In this document: in pieces, positions 17,941-27,310 of the stretch
How positions within the stretch are numbered: the stretch's first letter is position 1
Layout: each line of letters begins with the position of its first letter
Assembly (NCBI GenBank): GCA_963832225.1
Contig: CAWHTI010000012.1
Coordinates: 623,499 to 687,498 of the forward strand
Length of the DNA stretch: 64,000 bases
Origin: an uncultured Actinomycetes bacterium
GTDB taxonomy: Bacteria > Actinomycetota > UBA4738 > HRBIN12
Direction of reading: 5' to 3'
Program-made: the position numbers and the translations under genes
The notes under the pieces: generated by a model
What the model saw: the letters and a program-made list of their open reading frames with translations, nothing else
Databases searched by the model: none
Told to the model about the DNA's origin: nothing

Positions 17941-19383
17941 CTAGGGCCTCGTCAGCCGCTTGACCACCCCGGTGGTGCCCGAGACGATGCCGGTCTCGTT
18001 GCCGAGCACGTAGAGCTCGCCGGCGGCGTCGCGCGCGAAGCCGAAGATCGCGAAGCCGGGCTCCTCCACGAGGTTGCAGACCCGGTGCGTGACGTCTGCC
18101 GAACCGCACAGATAGAAGAGCCGGCCGTCGGGTGTCGCGAACTCGCGCGAGTAGTCGCCGAACACGTACTTCCCGGCGAGGTCGGGCACGCGGGAGCCGC
18201 GGTACACGAACCCGCCCACGATGGCCTCGCCCTGCTCCTCGGAGCCTCTCGGGGCGGTGTGGTCGTACTCGGCGACCGGATCGATGAGGCCGGCCGGCTC
18301 GCCGGGCGCGTTCGCCGAGACCGTGCCGTCGTCCGGGCTCTCGGGGCTGCCGGGGTCGAACGTGAAGGTCCCCTCCTTGACCCGCCAGCCGTAGTTGCCG
18401 CCCGCCACCACGACGTCGACCTCCTCGACACGACGCTGGCCCACGTCGCCGACCCAGAGCTGGCCGGTGTTCTGGTCGAAGGACATGCGGTAGGGGTTGC
18501 GGAAGCCGTACGCGAAGATCTCGTCCGCGCCCGGCCGGCCGACGAACGGGTTGTTCCGGGGGATCCCGTACTCGCCGTTCGCCGAGTTGTGACCCTGCGG
18601 GTCGATCCGCAGGATCTTGCCCAGGACGTTGCCGGGAGCCAGGCTCTGGGCGTTCCCGCCCCGGACGTGTCCGGGTCCCTGGTCGTCGCCGAAGCCACCG
18701 TCACCGAGCGAGACGTACAGCATGCCGTCCGGGCCGAACGCGAGCGTCCCGCCGTTGTGGTTGAACTGCGGCTTGTCGATGCGCAGCAGGTCGCGTTCGG
18801 TGGACATGTCGATCGTGGTGGTGGGATCGGCCGGATCGTGCACGCGCCACTCGATCACGACGTTCTGGCACGGCCGGGGTGAGAACGGCAGCCAGGCGCT
18901 GCAGGTACGGCGCGAGTCGGGCTGGGTGCTGAAGTCGGCAGGCTCGAGCCACGGCTCCGTCAGGTACGTGTAGACCAGGCCGTTCTGCTGGTAGTCGGGA
19001 TCGAACGCCAGACCGAGCAGGCCGCGCTCGTCGTACGGCAGGCCGGGGATGAGGTCACCGAGCTGGACCACCAGGCCGCTCAGGTCGGCGAATAGCGTCC
19101 TCGGGCCGGGGTCACGCCCGACGTCGATCGACCAGATCTTGCCGGTCTGATCTGCCACGAACAGCCGGTCGTGGACGCCGGGCGCGAACGTGCCTGTCAC
19201 CGGCGAGACGAGACCGTCCGCCACGGTCCGCAGGCCGACGTCGATCCGTCCGTGCCGGATCCGTTCGGGGATCGGGTCGTCCAGCCCGCGGCTCGGGGCG
19301 GCCGCCGCGACAGCCGAGACGACGATCGGCAGGCAGAGCAGTGCGACGACGACGACGAGCGTGAGCGATCTGCGCGGTGTCAT
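17941..19383 (-). CDS. PQQ-dependent sugar (sorbosone/glucose) dehydrogenase family beta-propeller
   Basis: Track ORF 17941..19473 trimmed to ATG 19383 (GAGGGGGG upstream, signal peptide). HNGGTLAFGPDGMLYVSLGDGG, AYGFRNPYRMSFD and GNYGWRVKEG are typical of soluble GSDH-type enzymes. Confidence 0.85.
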   Translation of the reverse strand: MTPRRSLTLVVVVALLCLPIVVSAVAAAAPSRGLDDPIPERIRHGRIDVGLRTVADGLVSPVTGTFAPGVHDRLFVADQTGKIWSIDVGRDPGPRTLFADLSGLVVQLGDLIPGLPYDERGLLGLAFDPDYQQNGLVYTYLTEPWLEPADFSTQPDSRRTCSAWLPFSPRPCQNVVIEWRVHDPADPTTTIDMSTERDLLRIDKPQFNHNGGTLAFGPDGMLYVSLGDGGFGDDQGPGHVRGGNAQSLAPGNVLGKILRIDPQGHNSANGEYGIPRNNPFVGRPGADEIFAYGFRNPYRMSFDQNTGQLWVGDVGQRRVEEVDVVVAGGNYGWRVKEGTFTFDPGSPESPDDGTVSANAPGEPAGLIDPVAEYDHTAPRGSEEQGEAIVGGFVYRGSRVPDLAGKYVFGDYSREFATPDGRLFYLCGSADVTHRVCNLVEEPGFAIFGFARDAAGELYVLGNETGIVSGTTGVVKRLTRP

Positions 19384-19553
19384 GGGATCCCCCCTCAGCG
19401 GATGGCGAACGCGGATGCCCGAGCGGCGCGTCGCCGGCTGGTGATCGACGTATGTAGGACCTACGAGCCGCACGGGGGTTCGGATGCCGATCGGCGCGAG
19501 TTCGTTCTCTCACCGGACCCGGGCGACGGGCGCAACCACCGTACGATCGAGGG

Positions 19554-20786
19554 GTGTTCGATCTCTCCGGCCTCCTCTCGGCCGCGCGGCGGATGGGGAT
19601 CGCGACCGCACTGGTCGTGAGCCTCGCGGGCGTCTCGTGCGATGCGTCGGCTCCGGCCGCGCCGAGTGCGAGCCCGACGGCGCCGGACGCGCCGGCGACG
19701 AGCGCGACCGCGCCCACGGCGACGCCGGATCCGGCGCTCCGTGATGTCGAGGTGCGACTGGTGCGGGTTGCCTCGCTCGACCAGCCCCTGGCGCTGGCCG
19801 TCAGGCCGGACGACCCCGCGCTGTACGTGGCCGAGAAGCCGGGGCGGGTCGTCGCGCTCCGTGACGGGGAGGTGGATCCCGAGCCGGTGCTGGACGTCAC
19901 GGGGGAGGTCTCGCTCGGCGGCGAGCAGGGACTCCTGGGTCTGGCGTTCTCGCCGGACGGGGACTTCCTGTACGTCAACGCCACCGATCTCGAGGGCGAT
20001 ACCCACGTGACCGAGTTCGAGATGCGCGACGAGCGGGCGAACCCATCCTCGCGGCGCGACGTGCTGGTGGTAGATCAGCCGTTCGCGAACCACAACGGCG
20101 GTAACCTGGTGTTCGGGCCCGACGGATACCTGTACATCGGGCTCGGCGACGGCGGGAGCGGCGGCGACCCCATGGACAACGCACAGGACCTGTCGGTGCT
20201 GCTCGGCAAGATGCTGCGGATCGATCCTCGACCCGACGGCGGTCGCCCGTACAGCATCCCGCCCGACAACCCGTTCGTGGACCGGGCCGGGGCCCGTCCG
20301 GAGATCTGGGCTCTCGGCCTGCGCAACCCGTGGCGGTACTCGTTCGATCGCGAGACGGGCGACCTGTGGATCGGCGACGTGGGGCAGAGCGCCTGGGAGG
20401 AGGTCGACCTGCAGCTGGCCGGATCGTCGGGCGGGGAGAACTACGGATGGAACCTGCGGGAGGGCGCGCATCCGTACGAGGGCGGCGAGCCGCCTCCCCG
20501 AGCGATCGATCCGGTGTTCGAGTACCCGCACGGCGCCGGCGGGTGCGTGGTGACGGGCGGGTTCGTGTACCGCGGCGACGCGATCCCCGATCTCGTGGGC
20601 GCGTACGTGGTCGCCGACTTCTGCATCGGCGAGCTCGAGGCACTGCGCGTGCAGGACGGCCGGGTCACCGGGCACCGGACCCTGGGACCGGTCGTATCGA
20701 CGCTGAGCTCGTTCGGCGAGGACGCCGCGGGGGAGCTCTACGCGATGTCGCTCGAGGGCGGGCTCTTCCGGCTCGAACCCCGGTAG
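19554..20786 (+). CDS. PQQ-dependent sugar dehydrogenase family beta-propeller (paralog)
   Basis: Track ORF. HNGGNLVFGPDGYLYIGLGDGGSGGDP, ALGLRNPWRYSFD, ENYGWN. Divergent from 17941..19383. The start could instead be ATG 19593. Confidence 0.85.
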   Translation: MFDLSGLLSAARRMGIATALVVSLAGVSCDASAPAAPSASPTAPDAPATSATAPTATPDPALRDVEVRLVRVASLDQPLALAVRPDDPALYVAEKPGRVVALRDGEVDPEPVLDVTGEVSLGGEQGLLGLAFSPDGDFLYVNATDLEGDTHVTEFEMRDERANPSSRRDVLVVDQPFANHNGGNLVFGPDGYLYIGLGDGGSGGDPMDNAQDLSVLLGKMLRIDPRPDGGRPYSIPPDNPFVDRAGARPEIWALGLRNPWRYSFDRETGDLWIGDVGQSAWEEVDLQLAGSSGGENYGWNLREGAHPYEGGEPPPRAIDPVFEYPHGAGGCVVTGGFVYRGDAIPDLVGAYVVADFCIGELEALRVQDGRVTGHRTLGPVVSTLSSFGEDAAGELYAMSLEGGLFRLEPR

Positions 20787-20793
20787 CCCTTCG

Positions 20794-21498
20794 ATGGGAA
20801 GCCGCGCGCCGGCCGGACCGGAGCAGAATGTGGCCGTGGGCGGGCAGCGACTGTCTCCGGAGGACCGGGAGCGCCGGAACGCGCGGCAGCGCGAGACGTA
20901 CCGCGCCGAGGCCCCGAGCTACGACCGGTCGATGGGGTTCGGCGAACGGTGGTGCTTCGGCTCCGAGCATCGTGGCTGGGCGTGCTCGCAGTCGTCGGGC
21001 GCCACGCTCGAGGTCGCGATCGGGACGGGCCTGAATCTGCCGGAGTACCCGGTCGAGGTGTCGCTGACCGGCATCGACCTGAGCCCCGAGATGCTCGAGC
21101 TGGCCCGGCAGCGGGCGGCCGACCTGGGGCGCTCCGTCGGGCTGGGGCAGGGCGATGCGCAGGAGCTGCCGTTCGCTGACGCGACGTTCGACACGGTCGT
21201 GTGCACGTACGCGTTGTGCAGCGTTCCCGACGAGGTCCGCACGATCGACGAGATGGTTCGGGTGCTGCGGCCCGGCGGCCGGCTGATCCTCGTCGACCAC
21301 ATCCGGAGCTCAGTGCCGCCCATCCTCTGGATCCAGCGGTTGATCGAATGGTTGAGTCCGAAGATGGCCGAGCGCGAGCTGACGAGGCGACCGCTGCCCC
21401 ACGTGCTGGCGGCGGGGATGGAGATGGTGCGATCCGACCGATCGCGCCTGGGGATGGTCGAGCGGCTCGTCGCGCGGAAGCGTGGTGCCGGCGGTTGA
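20794..21498 (+). CDS. Class I SAM-dependent methyltransferase
   Basis: Track ORF. LEVAIGTGLNL (motif I), DAQELPFADATFD, LRPGGRLILVDH. Confidence 0.85.
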   Translation: MGSRAPAGPEQNVAVGGQRLSPEDRERRNARQRETYRAEAPSYDRSMGFGERWCFGSEHRGWACSQSSGATLEVAIGTGLNLPEYPVEVSLTGIDLSPEMLELARQRAADLGRSVGLGQGDAQELPFADATFDTVVCTYALCSVPDEVRTIDEMVRVLRPGGRLILVDHIRSSVPPILWIQRLIEWLSPKMAERELTRRPLPHVLAAGMEMVRSDRSRLGMVERLVARKRGAGG

Positions 21499-21577
21499 GG
21501 GCAGGTGGCGACGCGACGGCGTGCCTGGATGGGCCCGGGACGTTTTCCGTCGCTCGGAACGGGGCAAGGAGGCCACC

Positions 21578-21856
21578 ATGAACAGAGGGACAGGCACCGG
21601 ACTGATCGCGCTGGGCATCATCCTGGCCGTGGTGGGCGCGATCATGCGCTTCGCGGTGAAGGTCCGCACCTCCGGCTTCAACATCCACACGGCTGGCGTG
21701 ATCATCCTGATCGCGGGCGGCGTGATCTTCCTCCTGGGTCTGATCGCGCTGATGTATGCGGCTCGCAACCGGACCACCACGGTCCGCCAGGACGTCCACA
21801 CGACGCCGACCGGGCAGGAGCGCATCGAGGAGCGGCAGGACCCCGGCACGTTCTAG
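21578..21856 (+). CDS. Small membrane protein (2-3 TM helices)
   Basis: ATG 21578 after AAGGAGG, inside track ORF 21482..21856. Hydrophobic segments LIALGIILAVVGAIM and VIILIAGGVIFLLGLIALM. Confidence 0.65.
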   Translation: MNRGTGTGLIALGIILAVVGAIMRFAVKVRTSGFNIHTAGVIILIAGGVIFLLGLIALMYAARNRTTTVRQDVHTTPTGQERIEERQDPGTF

Positions 21857-21982
21857 GCGCCATCGACGTCGCGGTGTGCACACGCTCGTCTACCGGCAGG
21901 CTGGTGTCCCGCTGTGTCCGCGTCACCCGGCGACGGTGCGCCGCCACGATCCGCCCGGTCCCCGGTCTCCGATCCCCGGTCC

Positions 21983-23319
21983 TCACGGCGGTCCGCGATC
22001 CGCCAGCACCGATCCGTCCGAGCGTCGGAAGACGAAGGCACCGTCCTCGATCGCGAGCCCGAACCCACCGGGACGGTGCACCAGGCCGTGATGGCGACGG
22101 CAGAGCAGCAGCAGGTTGCCCAGGACCGTGCGGCCACCGGTGGCCCAGTGGTCGACGTGGTGACACTCACACCACGCCGGGGGACGATCACAGCCCGGGA
22201 ACCGGCAGTGGCGGTCTCTGAGGATCACCGCCCGCCGCAGCGCGGCCGGCACGACCGGCGTTCGCCGGCCCACGTCCAGGGGCTCGGAGCGAGCTCCTAG
22301 CACCACCCGCATCACCGAGGCGTCGCAGGCGAGCTGTCGGATCAGCTGGCGGCGTGGACCGGACCGGCGTGGTCGAGCTCGGCCGTCCCGAAGGGGTCGG
22401 TTCCCGCTCCGTGACCAACTCCCGCTCCGGCTCCCTCCGCTCCGGTTCCGCCACCGGCACCGGGTCCGAGCCCGGCCAGGGGACCGCCGGCGAGCACCTC
22501 GACCGGCACGGTCACCGTCAGGTGGGGCCGCTCCCCGGCCACCAGGGGTCGGTCACCCCGGTCCAGGAACCCCCGGCAGACCTCCCCCAGGGCGTCGGCC
22601 CGGCGCTGGGCGGGGGTGCGCTCGTCAGTGATCCCGCCCGCACCCGGGGCCCGGACCTCCGCGTCGAGCACGGCTCCCAGGGCCGTGAGCAGGCTCTCCC
22701 CGGTGAGGGGATCCAGATCCCCGTCCACCCGCACCATCCCGCCGAGCGTTACCGAGGCGTGCAGGCGCCGACGTGCCGAGCGGGGATCCACCCCCTGGTC
22801 CTGCTCGGCCTCCACCCGGTCCTGCCAGCAGGCCACCACCCGCCGCAGCTCACCCATCGGGTGGATCCGGGCCGCCTCCACCAGCAGGGGCTCGGCCTCG
22901 GCGAAGGACTCGGGATGGACCTCACGGGCTCCCACCAGGACCCGGGCACCCGCCATCGACAAGCTCCCGTCCTGCACCGCCGCTCGCGTGGTGGCCATCG
23001 CGGCAAGCCCCCGCGCCATCCGGACCTGGTCGCGGGCACCGCCCCAGCCCAGGCGGCAGCGGTCCACGAGCCAGGCGGTGATCGACAGGTGCCCGTCGTG
23101 GGCGAAGGCGCCCCGACGCTCGATCTCGCCCACCCGGCGCAGGCGCTCGAGCTCGAGCAGCTCGGAGGCACGCTGCAGCTCCACCAGGTCCTGCTCGATC
23201 CGGCCGTCCGGCAGCTCGGGCAGGCGCTCGCTGCGAACCGGCTCGATCGCCGAGCCCAGCTCGCTCACGACGCTCCCGCCACCCGCAGCCCGCGTTTCCG
23301 ATCCCACCGTCGAACACAT
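21983..23319 (-). pseudogene. DUF222-type HNH endonuclease gene (13E12-repeat-like), split by a single-base frameshift
   Basis: The N-terminal part is the last 325 aa (from ATG 23319) of ORF 22342..23682 (MCSTVGSE... ELVELQRASELLELERLR ... ITAWL ... RTPAQRRADALGE). The HNH part is ORF 21983..22315 (RDRHCRFPGCDRP..CECHHVDHW..GG.T.LGNLLLLCRRHH). The HNH frame reads upstream as QLIRQLACDASV and meets ..AELDHAGPVHAA at about 22348. Adding one C there would restore one continuous ORF. Confidence 0.75.
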
Positions 23320-23499
23320 GCCCGCACCGTAGCGCCGGCCTCCGCTCGGTTCTGTGACGGGTCGCACACTTCGGCCAAGGTTTCCGGAGGGATCGGGTGG
23401 GAGCTGGGCCCCGGGGCCTCCACCAACCGCTACGCCAGCGGTGGCAGGTGGCGCAGCTTCTCGGGATTCGCCACCGAGCGCGCACCGCCGCGATCCTGC

Positions 23500-23838
23500 C
23501 GTCGACGCAATCGAGCGTGAACACGTTGCCGACGTACATGTCGACGACGTGGCGTCGGCGACCGTGGCCGCGATCGAGGCACGCACCACCGGCGTCCTCA
23601 ACGTCACCGACGACGAGCCGGCGCCGTCCGCGAGTGGTTGCCCGCGCTGGCCGTGGCCGTCGGCGCCCGGGCTCCCCGGCACGTGCCGTCGTGGATCGCC
23701 CGCCCGCTCATCGGCGAGGCAGGCGTCAGGATGATGACGGAGATCCGCGGTGCGTCGAACGCCAGGGCGCGGACCGAGCTGGGCTGGGAGCCGCGCTACC
23801 CGAGCTGGCGCGAGGCGTTCCGCCGGGGCCTCGAGTGA
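23500..23838 (+). pseudogene. Remnant of an NAD-dependent epimerase/dehydratase (SDR) gene: 5'-truncated and frameshifted
   Basis: ..HVDDVASATVAAIEARTTGVLNVTDDEPAP (frame of ORF 23354) continues, after a -1 shift near 23626, as REWLPALAVAVGARAPRHVPSWIARPL..GASNARARTELGWEPRYPSWREAFRRGLE (ORF 23638..23838). There is no Rossmann N-terminus upstream. The 5' boundary is approximate. Confidence 0.5.
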
Positions 23839-24138
23839 CCCTCACGGCTCCGACGAGACCCGGTCGATCCCGCTTCCTGCATCGTTGTCATCGGGCGGGA
23901 CCTGCGGCACCATGTTCGGTACGAGAGAGAGGAGGTGGTCCAGCTTGCATGAACAGCAGGAGACCCTCGAGGTGACTGGCTGCTGAGCCACCCCTCGCGG
24001 ACGGGGCCGACCGGCCCGCCCGCTCGCCGGGAGACCGGCAGAATCCACACCAGCTCACCGACCTCGTAGGTTCCGGCTGGTCCACCGGACGACTGCTCGT
24101 CGAGCGGCCGAAGCACCTGCGAGGCTGCACCGCAACGA

Positions 24139-24169
24139 ACGGGCCGGGCCCCACGCGGGCCCGGCCCGT
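24139..24169. terminator. Perfect GC hairpin (12-bp stem, 7-nt loop) in a 426-bp noncoding gap
   Basis: acgggccgggcc-ccacgcg-ggcccggcccgt read directly. There is no U-tract on the + strand and only TTCGTT on the - strand. Confidence 0.3.
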
Positions 24170-24264
24170 CTCGTTCCCTGGATCCGACCGGGACGGCGGC
24201 GGCGGTTCCGAGAACGAGCTCCATCCGGCGACGAGCGTGAAGCTGTGGCCGTTAGGGTTCTTCG

Positions 24265-25125
24265 ATGCCCGCCGCGACGCTGACCGTCGGAGACGTCGAG
24301 ATCACCGCGATCCTCGACGTCGACACGTGGATGCCGCTCGCCGAGGTGTTCGATGGGAGCGGCGACCCTCCACCCGGCGGATCAGCCTCCCTCGCTGCGA
24401 GGTATCCGGACGAGTTCACCGCCGACGCGTGGCGCTTCCGCGACCATTGCTTCCTGGTCCGCATGCCCACGCGCCTGACCTTGATCGACACGGGCGTCGG
24501 CCCGTCCGACTCGGCCTTCGGACGATGGCTCGGCGTCGCTGGGACGCTGCCGGACGAACTGGCCGCGCTCGGCGTGATGCCGGATGACGTTGACGACGTC
24601 ATCCTCTCCCACGCCCACTCGGACCACACGGGGTGGAACACGACGCCGTCGTCGAGCGGATGGATCCCGCGCTTTGCGAATGCCCGGTATCACCTCCATG
24701 ACGCCGACGTCGCGTGGATGCAGGGCTTCGTCGACGAGGAGGACGTCCGGGAGTTCTCCGAGGCGATCGCCCCCCTCGAGTCAGCGGGGCAGCTCGACAC
24801 GTCCACCGAGGACAGCGAGGTGTCGCCCGGCCTGAGCCTGCGACACGCGCCGGGTCACACCCCAGGACACCGGTGCGTGCTCTTGGATACCGGCGGCGAG
24901 CGGGTGCTCTTCGCCGGAGACCTCGTGCACTTCACGTTCCAGCTGAACGACCCGGGGTCCCGCTCACCCGGCGACGATGATCCGGAGGAGGGGAGCCGCA
25001 CACGGGCCGCGTGGCTCGACCGAGCGGAGGCGGAGGGGCTGACGCTCGCGACCCCGCATGTTCCACCATCCCCCATCGGTCGGATCGTCCGTGAAAAGGG
25101 ACAGCGGCTGCTCCGGCCTCGCTAG
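24265..25125 (+). CDS. MBL-fold metallo-hydrolase
   Basis: Track ORF. ILSHAHSDHTGW (HxHxDH) and later GHTPGH. Confidence 0.85.
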   Translation: MPAATLTVGDVEITAILDVDTWMPLAEVFDGSGDPPPGGSASLAARYPDEFTADAWRFRDHCFLVRMPTRLTLIDTGVGPSDSAFGRWLGVAGTLPDELAALGVMPDDVDDVILSHAHSDHTGWNTTPSSSGWIPRFANARYHLHDADVAWMQGFVDEEDVREFSEAIAPLESAGQLDTSTEDSEVSPGLSLRHAPGHTPGHRCVLLDTGGERVLFAGDLVHFTFQLNDPGSRSPGDDDPEEGSRTRAAWLDRAEAEGLTLATPHVPPSPIGRIVREKGQRLLRPR

Positions 25126-25137
25126 CGAACCCTCGAC

Positions 25138-27195
25138 CTACGTCCCCCTTGCCTCCGCCAGTGCGAACGGGATCACCGGTCCGCTGCCGGCCTCACGCAG
25201 CGAGGCGGCGATCGCGGTCAGCGTCCACCGCGAGTCCACGGTGTCATCGACCAGGAGCACCGGGCCCTCGGGGAGATCACCGCTCACCTCGAACGCGCCC
25301 CAGACGTTGCGGAGCTGCTGTGCGCTGTTGAACGCGGCCCTCTGCGGCTGGTTCTCGCGCGCCTTGCGGACCACCTCCGCGAACGGCAGCCCGAGCGCGT
25401 CCGCGAGCCGCCGCGCGAACGACGGCACGAGGTCCACGTGCCGGTGCGAGGGAACGCACGTCACCCAGGCGACCTCCGGACGCCATGCGCCGCGGATCAT
25501 GGTCGCCGCCGCGGCCACGAGCTCGTCGGAGAACCACGGATCCTCCGCGCCGCGGTCGGTAGCGACCAGGGCGCCCAGCTCGCCGTCGCCGTACCCGCTC
25601 AGCGCGCGGCCCTCCTGGGCCTGCAGCTCGGCGGGGATGCGGCCCTTCAGCTCCTCCAGACCGGCGGGCCACTGCCGGCGTGGCTCGATCGCCATGATCT
25701 GTCCGCGCAGGTGCCGTCTCGCCTCCTCGACGAGCTCCGACGCCGGCGTCACGTCCCACCGCTCGCCGGTGCAGTTCGCGCAGCGTCCGCACGGCGCCGC
25801 GTCCGGATCGTCGAGCTGGCGGCGCAGGAACTCCATCAGGCACGTCGCGGTGATGGCGTAGTCGACCATCGCCTGCTGTTCGATCCGGCGCTGCTCGGTG
25901 ACGCGCCGCACGCGCTCGGTGTCGTACCGCCACGGTTCGGACGTGCGGAGCCATCTGCTCCCGTCGCGCCCGATCGCGCCCTCCACCTCCAGGACCTTCA
26001 GCATGGTCGTGAGACGCGACCGCCGAACGTTCACGACGGCCTCGATGGCCGGCAGGGAGGCGGGCCCGTCCTGCTCGGCCAGGAAGTCCACGACCGCCTC
26101 GGCTTGCTCCTGGGGCGGGAACGCGGTGCCGATGAAGAAGTCCTGGATGTCGCGATCCTCGCGGCCGCGCATGAGCACCGCCGGCGCGTGATCGAGCGCA
26201 CGGCCCGCACGCCCGACCTGCTGGTAGTAGGCGATCGGCGAGCCGGGGGACTGGTAGTGGATCACGAACCCCAGGTCCGGCTTGTCGAAGCCCATGCCCA
26301 GCGCGGACGTCGCCACCAGCACCTTCAGCTCGTTCGCCAGGAGCGCCTGCTCCAACGGCGGTCGCTCCTCGGCGGCGGTCTCGCCGCTGTACGCCTCGGC
26401 CTGGATCCCTCGGGACCGCAGGAACCCGGCCACCCGCGTGGTGTCGGCGATCGTGAGCGCGTACACGATGCCCGAGCCGTCCAGCTCCGGGATCACGGTG
26501 GCGAGCCACGCCATCCGCTCCGCGGCGCTCGGCAGGTCCACCACCGACAGCGCGAGGCTCTCCCGCTCGAGCGGTCCTCGCAGCACCGCCATGTCCCGAC
26601 CCAGCTGCTCGGTGATGTCGTCGACCACTCGGTCGTTCGCGGTGGCGGTGGTGCAGAGCACCGGCACACCGTCCGGCAGGAGATCGAGCACCCGAACGAG
26701 CTGGCGGTAATCGGGCCGGAAGTCGTGTCCCCAGTCGCTGATGCAGTGCGCCTCGTCGATCACGAGCAGGCCCGCCTTGGCGGTGACGAGCGGCAGGACG
26801 TCGTCACGGAAGCCGGGATTCGCGAAGCGCTCGGGTGAGACCAGGAGGAGGTCGACCGCGTCGTCGCGGAGATCCTGGGAGATCCGATCCCACTCCTCCG
26901 TGTTGCTGCTGTTGATCGTCTCGGCCCGGATCCCGATCCGCTCGGCCATCCGGATCTGGTTGCGCATCAGCGCCAACAGCGGCGAGACCAGCAGCGTGGG
27001 CCCGGCGCCTTGGTCGCGGAGGAGCCGCGTGGCGATGAAGTACACGGCGGACTTCCCCCAGCCGGTGCGCTGGACGACCAGCGCGCGCCGGCGGTCCGTG
27101 GCGATCGCGCGGATCGCCTCGAGCTGCCCGGATCGGAACGTCGCTCCGGCTCCGAGCATGCGCTCGAGGACTCGCTGTTCCGGGGACGAGCTCAC
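25138..27195 (-). CDS. RecQ family ATP-dependent DNA helicase with C-terminal phosphoribosyltransferase-like (ComF-type) domain
   Basis: Part of track ORF 25138..27786. The upstream 590 nt is Arg-rich shadow overlapping the divergent promoter. Motifs: FRSGQLEAI, QRTGWGKSAVY (Walker A), VIDEAHCISDWGHDFRPDY (DEAH), ATSALGMGFDKPD, YYQQVGRAGR. The C-terminus VLLVDDTVDSRWTLT is a PRPP-loop-like motif. Start candidates are GTG 27195, ATG 27159 and ATG 27267. Confidence 0.85.
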   Translation of the reverse strand: MSSSPEQRVLERMLGAGATFRSGQLEAIRAIATDRRRALVVQRTGWGKSAVYFIATRLLRDQGAGPTLLVSPLLALMRNQIRMAERIGIRAETINSSNTEEWDRISQDLRDDAVDLLLVSPERFANPGFRDDVLPLVTAKAGLLVIDEAHCISDWGHDFRPDYRQLVRVLDLLPDGVPVLCTTATANDRVVDDITEQLGRDMAVLRGPLERESLALSVVDLPSAAERMAWLATVIPELDGSGIVYALTIADTTRVAGFLRSRGIQAEAYSGETAAEERPPLEQALLANELKVLVATSALGMGFDKPDLGFVIHYQSPGSPIAYYQQVGRAGRALDHAPAVLMRGREDRDIQDFFIGTAFPPQEQAEAVVDFLAEQDGPASLPAIEAVVNVRRSRLTTMLKVLEVEGAIGRDGSRWLRTSEPWRYDTERVRRVTEQRRIEQQAMVDYAITATCLMEFLRRQLDDPDAAPCGRCANCTGERWDVTPASELVEEARRHLRGQIMAIEPRRQWPAGLEELKGRIPAELQAQEGRALSGYGDGELGALVATDRGAEDPWFSDELVAAAATMIRGAWRPEVAWVTCVPSHRHVDLVPSFARRLADALGLPFAEVVRKARENQPQRAAFNSAQQLRNVWGAFEVSGDLPEGPVLLVDDTVDSRWTLTAIAASLREAGSGPVIPFALAEARGT

Positions 27196-27310
27196 CCCGG
27201 CAGTATGGCGGTGACCGACGACAGTCCTCCGTGCCGCCCCCGTCGTCGGGATCCGGACCGAGGGCATATCGTGTCGCGGGGCGGGCCGCGCCGGCGGCAC
27301 CCCGGAGGAG

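Noticed and set aside
23945-23986. The mini-ORF ..ETLEVTGC as a PqqA-like precursor, given the two PQQ-type dehydrogenases nearby
   Set aside because: The essential Glu-x3-Tyr pair of PqqA is absent (no Tyr), and no pqqBCDE genes are present.
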